Source: Acidimicrobiales bacterium
GTDB taxonomy: Bacteria; Actinomycetota; Acidimicrobiia; Acidimicrobiales; AC-9
Direction of reading: 5' to 3'
Assembly: GCA_051984395.1 (NCBI GenBank)
Contig: JBPYEZ010000063.1
Span: 1-58,233, forward strand
Length of the DNA stretch: 58,233 bases
Below the pieces are notes generated by a model. That model was not told where the DNA came from. It made no database searches and was given only the letters and a program-made list of their open reading frames with translations. Below are positions 46,396 to 54,692 of the stretch, piece after piece. A program made the translations under genes and the position numbers. Each line of letters starts with the position of its first letter. Within the stretch, counting starts at the first letter, position 1.

Positions 46396-46947
46396 GTGCC
46401 CACCGTCACCCCATCGGCGCAGATCATCGATGTCGTGGTGGTGCAGCCCGACGTCCACGGGGACGAGCGGGGGCGCTTCCTGGAGACCTACCGCCGATCG
46501 TGGTTTCCCCTGGGGCGCGAGATGGTGCAGGGGAGCTGCTCGGACAAGCGGGCCGGCGCGCTGGTGGGCCTCCACTACCACCTGCACCAGGCCGACTACT
46601 GGTACGTGGTGCGGGGCGAGGCCCGCGTGGTGCTCCACGACCTCCGCCTGGGGTCGCCCACCGACGGCGCCACCATGGCACTCGACCTCGGTGAGCGGAC
46701 GGGCCTCGGCGTCTTCATCCCCCCCGGTGTGGCCCACGGCTTCGCCGCGCTGGCCGACATGACGCTGACCTACCTGGTCGACGGCTACTACAACCCGGCG
46801 GACGAGCTGGGAGTGGCTTGGGACGACCCGGAGGTCGGCGCCGACTGGGGGGTGACGTCCCCGGTCGTCTCCGACCGGGACCGGACCAACCCCCGCCGTT
46901 CGGATCTGCCTCCCGCCAGGCGCCCGACCCTCGGGCTACGGGCATGA
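46396..46947 (+). CDS. rmlC: dTDP-4-dehydrorhamnose 3,5-epimerase
   Basis: It reads HGDERGRFLETY, GLHYH and IPPGVAHGF...YLVDGYYNP.DE.GV.WDDP. Confidence 0.9.
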   Translation: MPTVTPSAQIIDVVVVQPDVHGDERGRFLETYRRSWFPLGREMVQGSCSDKRAGALVGLHYHLHQADYWYVVRGEARVVLHDLRLGSPTDGATMALDLGERTGLGVFIPPGVAHGFAALADMTLTYLVDGYYNPADELGVAWDDPEVGADWGVTSPVVSDRDRTNPRRSDLPPARRPTLGLRA

Positions 46948-47115
46948 GTGGCTTCTGCGCCGAGGGCGTCTAGGCTGGTGAGAGGCCTGGCGGGTCGCTC
47001 ATGAGGCCTGGCGGTCTGTGAAACACAGAGTCTCCGATTATTCGGTTCAATAGAGTCTCGTGTACGGCAACGGGAGTGACATCCCGAAGGGGTCCACGAC
47101 CCCCCGTCGGGAAAG

Positions 47116-48831
47116 GTGGGCACGCGGACAATGAGCATCTTGCTCCTCGTCGTGGTCCTGCTCGTCGTAGCCATCGTGCTGTCCCGACTGACCTGGGCGT
47201 CTCTGGGAGAACGGCAGTCGATCAGGCACCACGAGCAGGCGATGGACGTGCTGCGGTCGGTGTCGGGCCGCCCGGTCGGGCCCGACGAGACCGAGGTGGA
47301 GGAACACGGCGGCGCGCACGTCAAGTCATCGGCGCACAACACCGGTGGCTTTCCCGCGCCCGCCGACACCAGGGCGGTGCCCGAGGCAACCGCGCACCGC
47401 GACGACACCATTCGGATCCTCAGGGCCGAGCCGACCGGCGCCGCACCGTCCAACCTCGAGGCGGCCGAGGGTCGGACGGATCCGGCGGCGGCGTCGGCCG
47501 CCTCGACGCGACCCGCCCCGCCGCCGACCGGCCCGCCCGCGGGTCCGGACGCAGCCGAGCAGCCGGCGGGCGTCGAGGCCCGCCCGGCCGGCGCTGGATC
47601 GGGACCGAGCTGGGAGCCGGCCGACTCACGCCCGCGCTCGCCCGACCTCGACGGAGACCAGGCCAAGCCTGCTTTCGTGTTCATCGCCGACGACAGCGGC
47701 CAGCCCGGTCCCATCACCGTGCCACCGAGCGTCGCCGACGCTGTCCGCCGCAGCGGTCGCGGTCGCTGGGGCGACGGACGGAGCGATGGTCAGCGGCGCA
47801 CGAACGGCGGACGGGTCGACGAGCCACGTCCGGCAGACGAGCCTGCCGCCGCGCCGTCGGTGCTGCCCAGGCCACCCTCGCTCGAGGAGCAGGAGTGGTC
47901 CGCCTCGTCCAGGAGCGAGGCCCGGTCGCGTTCGCGGGCGCGGACTCGATCGAGACTGTGGGGGCGCGTACTGGCCCCGGTCCACGCCACGGGACGGATG
48001 GCATCGGAAGCGCGCGGTCGTCTCGGGTCCGCCCACCGTCCTGTCCCGCCTGCCGGCGACGTCGCTCGCGCCGACGACGGGTGGTTGGGAGGCGTCCCTG
48101 GTGAGCCGACAGGTGAGGGCGTGACGGTCATGACGGCCGATGCCCCGCCCGTCGCCACCGGTCCCGAAAGAGGGGAAGCCGTCGCCGAGACGGCTCCCAG
48201 CCCCGCGGCACCTGCGGGCCCGCCGCCTTCGGGCCCGCCGCCCGGCCCCGATCGTGACTGGTTCAGCGCCGCAAGCGACGGCGTCGGGACCGCCGCTTTC
48301 GACGGCCGTCAGGCCGAGCAGCCGGGGCCGCCGTTCCTCCAGCGGTCGGCGCGGGCGCGGCGGCGCGGCGTCGTCGTGGGCCTGGCGACCGTCGTGGTCG
48401 TCGTCTGTGTCGTTGCCGGCGTCCTGGTGGCGACGATGTCGGGCTCCTCCAACTCGAGCAAGGCCCCGCCCAGCCGGCAGGCGTCGCCCCCGGCGAGGCC
48501 AGCTCCTGGTCCTGCTCCGGCTCCCTCGCCGCTGACACTGGTCTCCCACGACGACAACGGGGCCGTGTACAACCTCAACGCCGGTCGGGTCTCCTTGTCG
48601 GCCGTGGCCAGCGGGCGAGTCTGGATCGAGGTCGTCTCCGGCACCGGACCGTACGGTCAGGTGCTGTGGCAGGGCATCCTCACCGACGGCCAGAGTCAGC
48701 AGGTCACCAACGACGCGCCGGTCTGGGTCCGCATCGGTGCCGCGTCCAACGTGGCCGTGACCGTCAACGGAGGCGGCGTCGTGCTTCCGCAGTCACCGAC
48801 GACCTACAACCTCACCTTCTCGCAGGCCTAG
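47116..48831 (+). CDS. membrane protein with a long disordered Pro/Ala/Arg-rich region and a C-terminal RodZ-type (DUF4115-like) domain
   Basis: An N-terminal TM helix (SILLLVVVLLVVAIVL) and a second TM helix (VVVGLATVVVVVCVVAGVLVA) are present. The C-terminal ~95 aa reads VWIEVVSG...VLWQGILTDGQSQQV...VWVRIGAASNVAVTVNGG. GC3 is high throughout. The start may be GTG 47116 or ATG 47131. Confidence 0.6.
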   Translation: MGTRTMSILLLVVVLLVVAIVLSRLTWASLGERQSIRHHEQAMDVLRSVSGRPVGPDETEVEEHGGAHVKSSAHNTGGFPAPADTRAVPEATAHRDDTIRILRAEPTGAAPSNLEAAEGRTDPAAASAASTRPAPPPTGPPAGPDAAEQPAGVEARPAGAGSGPSWEPADSRPRSPDLDGDQAKPAFVFIADDSGQPGPITVPPSVADAVRRSGRGRWGDGRSDGQRRTNGGRVDEPRPADEPAAAPSVLPRPPSLEEQEWSASSRSEARSRSRARTRSRLWGRVLAPVHATGRMASEARGRLGSAHRPVPPAGDVARADDGWLGGVPGEPTGEGVTVMTADAPPVATGPERGEAVAETAPSPAAPAGPPPSGPPPGPDRDWFSAASDGVGTAAFDGRQAEQPGPPFLQRSARARRRGVVVGLATVVVVVCVVAGVLVATMSGSSNSSKAPPSRQASPPARPAPGPAPAPSPLTLVSHDDNGAVYNLNAGRVSLSAVASGRVWIEVVSGTGPYGQVLWQGILTDGQSQQVTNDAPVWVRIGAASNVAVTVNGGGVVLPQSPTTYNLTFSQA

Positions 48832-48848
48832 GCGAGCGCGCCCTCGCC
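48831..48848. terminator. short GC hairpin between convergent genes (possible bidirectional terminator)
   Basis: ggcgag-cgcgcc-ctcgcc forms a 6-bp stem. There is no U-tract. Confidence 0.25.
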
Positions 48849-48852
48849 GCGC

Positions 48853-50961
48853 TCACGCGGCGATGCCGACCGCGCGCAGCACGAAGGCGAGCACGAACGC
48901 CTCGTCCCGCCAGGCGTCGTAGCGTCCCGAGGGGCCCTGGTGACCGGCGCCCATCTCGGTCTTCAGCAGCACCCGGGCGTCGGGATCGGTCGCACGCAGC
49001 TTCGCCACCCACTTCGCCGGTTCCCAGTAGCTGACCCTGGGGTCGGTCAAGCCCCCGGTCACCAGCATCTCGGGGTGGGGGCCAGCGGTCACGTTGTCGT
49101 ATGGGGCGTACGACTTCACGTAGGCGTAGGCGTCGGGGTCGTCCCTCGGGTTGCCCCACTCCTCCCACTCGAGCACGGTGAGCGGCAGCGAGTCGTCCAG
49201 GATCGTGGTGAGGCAGTCGACGAACGGCACCTCGGCGACGACCGCCCTGAACAGCTCCGGCGCCAGGTTGACCACGACGCCCATGAGCATGCCGCCCGCG
49301 CTCCCGCCCCGAGCCACGAGCCCATCCACCGAGGTCCAGCCCTCTGCCACCAGGTGACGGCCGCAAGCCAGGAAGTCCGTGAAGGTGTTGGTCTTGTGGA
49401 GGAGCTTGCCGTCCTCGTACCAGCGCCGCCCCAGCTCGCCTCCACCGCGTACGTGGGCGATGGCGTACAGGAAGCCCCGGTCCAGCATGCTGAGGCGCAG
49501 CGAGGAGAAGAGAGGATCCAGGCTGTGCTCGTAGGCGCCGTAGCCGTAGAGAAGGGCTGGCCCTCCCGGCGCCCTGTCCTCCCGGTAGACCAGCGAGATG
49601 GGAACTCTCGTGCCGTCGTCGGCGGTCGCCCAGGCTCGCTCGGTCCGGTACCGGGCGGGGTCGTAGCCGCCGAGGACGGGCTGACGCTTCAGCAGTCGGG
49701 CGGTGCGGTCCTCCATGTCGTAGTCGTAGACCGACCGGGGCGTGACGAGGGAGCTGTAGTCGTAGCGCAGGACCCGTGACCCGAACTCGGGGTTGGGGCC
49801 GCCCCAGGCGGTCGACACCGTCTCGGGCTGAGAGACGGTGTGGGATCGGTCGTCGCGCAGGCTGGTCACCCGGATCCGGCGGCTGGCCTCCGCCCGTTCG
49901 TACACCGCCAGGTGGTCGGCGAATACATCGATGTCCTCCAGCCTCACGTCATGCTGGTGGGCGATGACGTCCCGCCAGGCGTCCCTCCCGGGGCGGTCGA
50001 CCGGCGCCGCGACGAGCCTGAAGTTCTCAGCATCGGCGTTGGTCACGATGAGGAACCGCCCGTCGTGGTGCTCGACCGCGTACTCGACCCCCTGTCGGCG
50101 GGGCTCGATGACCCGGAAGTCGCCATCGGGGTCGTCGCCCGCCAGCACCCGGACCTCGCTGGTGACAGTGCTCTGGAGCTCGAGCACGACGAAGGCGTCG
50201 TCCTTGGTCTTGGAGACGCCCACGTAGAAGCGCTCGTCGACCTCCTCGTGGACGCACGCGTCCTCTTCGGGAGGACTGCCCACGGCATGGCGCCAGAGCT
50301 GGTAGGGGCGCATGGCATCGTCGGGCCGGGTGTAGAAGAGGGTTGCCCCGTCGTTGGCCCAGGCCAGGCCGTAGTACACGTCCTCCAGCTCGTCCGGGAG
50401 GTCGGTGCCGGTGCTCAGGTCACGGACCCGCAGGCGGTGCCGCTCGCCGCCGGTCGTATCGACCGCGAAGGCCATCAGCCGGTGGTCGGGGCTCACCGCC
50501 AGCCCGCCGAGGGAGAAGTACTCGTGGCCGGCGGCGAGCTCGTTCTCGTCGAGGAGCACCTGCTCGGCCGGGTCACCCGGCGAGGTCGCGGGGTCGATCG
50601 GATCGGGATCGCCGGGCGGAGGGGCCGGACGGCGACAGTGGATGGCGTACTGGCGACCCTCGACGGTTCTCGAGTAGTAGCTCCAGGGCCCCTTTCGGAC
50701 GGGCACGGAGAGGTCCGTCTCCTGGATCCGGGCCACGATCTCGGCGTAGAGCGCTTCCTGCAGGGCGGTGGTGTCCGCCGTCGCCGCTTTCGTGTACGCG
50801 TTCTCGGCCTCGAGGTAGGCGATGACGTCGGGGTCGTCCCGCTCACGGAGCCAGTACCAGTCGTCGAGGCGCTCGTCGTCGTGGGCCCGCAGCACGGTCG
50901 GCCGGCGGGGAGCGACAGGCGGAGCCGGAGGGGTGTCCGGCGTGCGGTCAGGGATCGCCAT
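48853..50961 (-). CDS. ptrB: oligopeptidase B / prolyl oligopeptidase family S9A serine protease
   Basis: ATG at 50961. It reads DDWYWLRERDDP.V..YLEAEN.Y, the nucleophile motif GGSAGGMLMG, and MGAGHQGPSGRY. Confidence 0.9.
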   Translation of the reverse strand: MAIPDRTPDTPPAPPVAPRRPTVLRAHDDERLDDWYWLRERDDPDVIAYLEAENAYTKAATADTTALQEALYAEIVARIQETDLSVPVRKGPWSYYSRTVEGRQYAIHCRRPAPPPGDPDPIDPATSPGDPAEQVLLDENELAAGHEYFSLGGLAVSPDHRLMAFAVDTTGGERHRLRVRDLSTGTDLPDELEDVYYGLAWANDGATLFYTRPDDAMRPYQLWRHAVGSPPEEDACVHEEVDERFYVGVSKTKDDAFVVLELQSTVTSEVRVLAGDDPDGDFRVIEPRRQGVEYAVEHHDGRFLIVTNADAENFRLVAAPVDRPGRDAWRDVIAHQHDVRLEDIDVFADHLAVYERAEASRRIRVTSLRDDRSHTVSQPETVSTAWGGPNPEFGSRVLRYDYSSLVTPRSVYDYDMEDRTARLLKRQPVLGGYDPARYRTERAWATADDGTRVPISLVYREDRAPGGPALLYGYGAYEHSLDPLFSSLRLSMLDRGFLYAIAHVRGGGELGRRWYEDGKLLHKTNTFTDFLACGRHLVAEGWTSVDGLVARGGSAGGMLMGVVVNLAPELFRAVVAEVPFVDCLTTILDDSLPLTVLEWEEWGNPRDDPDAYAYVKSYAPYDNVTAGPHPEMLVTGGLTDPRVSYWEPAKWVAKLRATDPDARVLLKTEMGAGHQGPSGRYDAWRDEAFVLAFVLRAVGIAA

Positions 50962-51127
50962 CGCCCCGAGAGGATAGGACCGGCCGAGGGCCGAGGCAGG
51001 GGGCTCGGACGGGGGCGAAACGCCCATAGTCTGGTGGGCGTCGGAGGTTTCTGGGCCCGCTGGGAGTTGTTACTATGGACGTAGGAGAAATTCAGGCCGA
51101 GCCGATGATGGAGGGGCTGATCGCCTG

Positions 51128-52528
51128 ATGGCAACCACCGATCTGGACCTCGACCGGTACAAGCTCGGGTGGAGCGACGTCGAGGAGTACATCTTCAAGC
51201 CCAAGAAGGGCCTCAACGCGGACATCGTCCGGGAGATGTCCTGGATGAAGGGTGAGCCCGACTGGATGCGGGACATGCGGCTGAAGGCGCTCCGGCATTT
51301 CGAGCGCAAGCCGATGGCGCCCTGGTTCGCCGTCAACATGCCGAACATCGACTTCGACGACATCTACTACTACATCAAGCCGACGGAAAAGCAGGTCGAC
51401 GCCTGGGACGAGCTGCCCGAGTCGGTCAAGGCCACCTACGAGAAGCTCGGGATCCCCGAGGCGGAGCGCAAGTACCTGGCGGGCGTCACCGCCCAATACG
51501 AGTCCGAGGTGGTGTACCACCGCAACCGGGACAACCTAGAGAGCCAGGGGGTCCTGTTCTGCGACATGGACACCGCGCTGCGGGAGTACCCCGAGATCGT
51601 GAAGCGGTACTTCGGCACGGTGATCCCGCCCAACGACAACAAGTTCGCAGCCCTCAACTCGGCGGTGTGGTCCGGCGGGTCGTTCATCTACGTGCCGCCC
51701 GGCGTGAAGGTGGAGATGCCGCTCCAGGCGTACTTCCGGATCAACGCCGAGAACATGGGCCAGTTCGAGCGGACGCTGATCATCGCCGACGAGGGCGCGC
51801 AGGTGCACTACATCGAGGGATGCTCGGCCCCGGTCTACACCTCGGACTCCCTGCACTCGGCCGTGGTCGAGCTGGTGGCCAAGCCCAGCGCTCGCATCAC
51901 CTACACCACGATCCAGAACTGGTCGAGCAACGTCTACAACCTCGTGACCAAGCGGGCCCGCTGCGAGACCGAGGGCCACGTCGAGTGGATCGACGGCAAC
52001 ATCGGGTCGCGCCTGACCATGAAGTACCCCTCGGTGTACCTCGTGGGGCCCAAGGCGTCGGGCGAGGTGCTCTCGGTGGCGTATGCCGGGCCCGGTCAGC
52101 ACCAGGACGCCGGAGCCAAGATGATCCATGCCGCCCCGGAGACCAGCTCGACCATCGTGTCGAAGTCCGTCTCCAAGGACGGAGGGATCACGACGTACCG
52201 GGGGCTGGTCCACGTGGACGAGGGGGCCACCAACGCCAAGAGCTTCGTCCGCTGCGACGCGCTGCTCCTCGACGAGATGAGCACCTCCAACACCAAGCCC
52301 TACATGGAGGTCGAGGAGCGCGACGCCCAGATCGGGCACGAGGCGACGGTCTCCAAGGTCGGCGACGACCAGCTCTTCTACCTGATGAGCCGCGGCCTCT
52401 CCGAGCAGCAGGCCATGAGCATGATCGTGAACGGCTTCATCGAGCCCGTCACGCTCACGCTGCCGATGGAGTACGCCGTCGAGTGGAGCCGGCTGATCGA
52501 GCTGCAGATGGACGACGCCGTCGGCTGA
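51128..52528 (+). CDS. sufB: Fe-S cluster assembly protein SufB
   Basis: 466 aa. It reads [30 protein letters not shown] and [24 protein letters not shown]. It is uninterrupted, with no intein. Confidence 0.97.
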   Translation: MATTDLDLDRYKLGWSDVEEYIFKPKKGLNADIVREMSWMKGEPDWMRDMRLKALRHFERKPMAPWFAVNMPNIDFDDIYYYIKPTEKQVDAWDELPESVKATYEKLGIPEAERKYLAGVTAQYESEVVYHRNRDNLESQGVLFCDMDTALREYPEIVKRYFGTVIPPNDNKFAALNSAVWSGGSFIYVPPGVKVEMPLQAYFRINAENMGQFERTLIIADEGAQVHYIEGCSAPVYTSDSLHSAVVELVAKPSARITYTTIQNWSSNVYNLVTKRARCETEGHVEWIDGNIGSRLTMKYPSVYLVGPKASGEVLSVAYAGPGQHQDAGAKMIHAAPETSSTIVSKSVSKDGGITTYRGLVHVDEGATNAKSFVRCDALLLDEMSTSNTKPYMEVEERDAQIGHEATVSKVGDDQLFYLMSRGLSEQQAMSMIVNGFIEPVTLTLPMEYAVEWSRLIELQMDDAVG

Positions 52529-52556
52529 TCTCCGTGGGCTGATCTCCGTCGGCTGA
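52523..52556. repeat. 14-nt unit ggctgatctccgt(g/c) repeated 2.4 times at the sufB stop codon
   Basis: Units start at 52523, 52537 and 52551. Each carries a TGA, so stops fall in all three frames. Confidence 0.7.
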
Positions 52557-52631
52557 GTGTAGACTCATGTTCCCTCTAGGCGAATGGGTGGAGCAACAGG
52601 GAGCGCCCGCCTGGTCGGGGGGATAGAGCTC

Positions 52632-52988
52632 ATGCCGATGCGCGAGGAATGCAAGCACTTCCAGAGCCGGACCTACGCATCCGGAGAAGTGGCCCGCTTC
52701 TGTGTGCTCGACCTTGCTCCCGAGGCACCCTGGCGGTGTCCCGAGAACTGCCCGGCCTACGAGCGCAGGATGGCTGACGCGGGCTGGGCGCACGGCAGCC
52801 TGGTCGAGCCGGCGATCGAGGAGGAGCCCGCCGTCCCCGGTCCCGAGGCCACGCACCTGCTGGACGAGGCCGAGGACATCGTGAACTCCGTCGGCGCCAG
52901 CGTGGCCGCCGAGGTCGAGCGGGAGCGGGAGCGCCGAGCGGCCACCGCCGCCAACCCCTGGTGGCGCCGCTGGCGCCGCGGGCGCTGA
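52632..52988 (+). CDS. small hypothetical protein with four N-terminal cysteines and a basic Trp/Arg C-terminus
   Basis: ATG at 52632 is preceded by gggggga. The Cys pattern is C-x16-C-x11-C-x3-C (ECKHF...RFCVL...WRCPENCPAY). It lies between sufB and sufD. Confidence 0.55.
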   Translation: MPMREECKHFQSRTYASGEVARFCVLDLAPEAPWRCPENCPAYERRMADAGWAHGSLVEPAIEEEPAVPGPEATHLLDEAEDIVNSVGASVAAEVERERERRAATAANPWWRRWRRGR

Positions 52989-52992
52989 ATCC

Positions 52993-53808
52993 CTACTGGC
53001 CCCTGAAGGTCGGCTGACGCTTCTCGGCGAAGGCGACCATCGCCTCGCGTAGATCGTCAGAGGGGAGGAAGGCCGCGTTCCAGGCGGCCACGTAGTCCAG
53101 CCCCTCGGCCACGCTGCGCTCCTCGCCCGCTGCCAGCACCGCCTTGGTCCCCTGGACGGCGAGTGGCGAGTTGGCGGCGATCTCGGCTGCCATCCCGGTC
53201 GCGGCCTTCACCACGCTTTCGTGGTCGGGAAGCACGTCGTTCACCAGGCCGATCTGCCGGGCGCGGTCTGCAGGGATGTCCTTTCCCGTGTAGGCGAGCT
53301 CCGCCACGTGGCCCATGGGGATGATCCGCGGCAGGCGTTGCAGGCTGCCGAGGTCGGCGACGATGGCGATCTTCGTCTCCCGCACCGAGAAGACGGCGTC
53401 GGCTGCGGCCAGCCGGATGTCGCAGGCGGCGATGAGGTCGACCCCGCCGCCGATGCAGTAGCCCTGCACGGCAGCGATCACCGGCTTGGGGCATTCGGCC
53501 ACCGCGGTGATCGAAGCCTGCATCCGGTGTACCTCTCTCAGGGTCTGGCGGGCGTTGGCCACCTGCGACCCGCCCGAGCCCGCCACCGAGCCGCCCATGG
53601 CCTTGAGGTCGAGGCCCACGCTGAAGTGCGGTCCCCGCGCCGCCACGACGACGGCGCGGACCTCGTCGTCGTCGGCGAGCTGCGCCATCAGCGCGGGAAG
53701 GTCGGCCCAGAACTCCGGACCCAAGGCGTTGCGGCGCTCGGCGCGATCGAGCCAGAGGGTGGCGATGTGGCCGTCGCGCTCGACGGACAGGACCTCTGAG
53801 GTGGACAT
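52993..53808 (-). CDS. enoyl-CoA hydratase/isomerase (crotonase) family protein
   Basis: ATG at 53808. It reads IATLWLDRAERRNAL, FSVGLDL and GYCIGGGVDLIAACDIR. Confidence 0.9.
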   Translation of the reverse strand: MSTSEVLSVERDGHIATLWLDRAERRNALGPEFWADLPALMAQLADDDEVRAVVVAARGPHFSVGLDLKAMGGSVAGSGGSQVANARQTLREVHRMQASITAVAECPKPVIAAVQGYCIGGGVDLIAACDIRLAAADAVFSVRETKIAIVADLGSLQRLPRIIPMGHVAELAYTGKDIPADRARQIGLVNDVLPDHESVVKAATGMAAEIAANSPLAVQGTKAVLAAGEERSVAEGLDYVAAWNAAFLPSDDLREAMVAFAEKRQPTFRGQ

Positions 53809-53850
53809 GGCGGCCACAGTAGCGGCGGGCGGAGGATAGGTTCGCCTGAC

Positions 53851-54663
53851 ATGGGCATCGAGCTGCGGTACCGGATCGTCGACGTGTTCTCCGATCGACC
53901 GCTGGCGGGCAACGCGGTCTGTGTCGTGCTGGACCCCTGTCCCGAGCCCGTGATGGGCGCCATCGCCCGTGAGGTCAATCTCAGCGAGACGACCTTCCCC
54001 TCCGTGCTCGGGCCCGACGAGTACGAGCTGCGCATCTTCACGCCGACCCTCGAGCTCCCCTTCGCCGGTCACCCGAGCCTCGGCACGGCGTGGGTCCTCG
54101 GACCCCGCCGCTGGACCCAGACGTCCGAGGGGGCGACGGTCGACATCGTGGCTGACGAGACCGGTGCGGTGATGAGCCAGCCGACACCGGAGATCACCGA
54201 GGCCCCGAAGGCCTTGCTGCCGGATTCGACGCTGCCGGGGGCCGAGGGCGCCGAGGGCGCCTACCGGGCCGAGGCGGGGGGCATCGCGCACCTGCTCATC
54301 CCGACCTCGGTCCGCCTCGACCGTCTCCGCCCGTCACCTGCGGCGGTGGCAGAGGTCGCGCAGAAGGCCGGTGCGGCCACCGTGGCTCTCTTCGCCCGGC
54401 GAGACGACTCGAGCCTCCACGTGCGGGTCTTCGTTCCGAGCCCGGGCAGCTCCTCCGGGGGCTTCGAGGATCCCGGCACCGGTTCGGCGGCCGGCCCCGT
54501 GGCGCTCCTCGCCCGCCAGCTGTGGGGCACGGCCGCCGACGTGACGATCTGCCAGGGCGACGAGATCGGCCGGCCCTGCCGGATAGAGGTGCACGCCGAG
54601 GAAGGCGACGTGCGGGTCGGGGGCAACATTGCCGCCTGCGCCGAGGGCAGCTTCACGCTGTAG
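53851..54663 (+). CDS. PhzF-family isomerase-like protein
   Basis: It reads YRIVDVFSDRPLAGN.V.VV and NLSETTF. Confidence 0.85.
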   Translation: MGIELRYRIVDVFSDRPLAGNAVCVVLDPCPEPVMGAIAREVNLSETTFPSVLGPDEYELRIFTPTLELPFAGHPSLGTAWVLGPRRWTQTSEGATVDIVADETGAVMSQPTPEITEAPKALLPDSTLPGAEGAEGAYRAEAGGIAHLLIPTSVRLDRLRPSPAAVAEVAQKAGAATVALFARRDDSSLHVRVFVPSPGSSSGGFEDPGTGSAAGPVALLARQLWGTAADVTICQGDEIGRPCRIEVHAEEGDVRVGGNIAACAEGSFTL

Positions 54664-54692
54664 GGCGGGGCAGTGCGAGTAACTAGAGTGGA

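Noticed and set aside
51128-52528. An intein in SufB, as occurs in mycobacteria
   Set aside because: SufB here is 466 aa and colinear with intein-free SufB. No Cys/Ser...HN-Cys junctions or endonuclease motifs are present.
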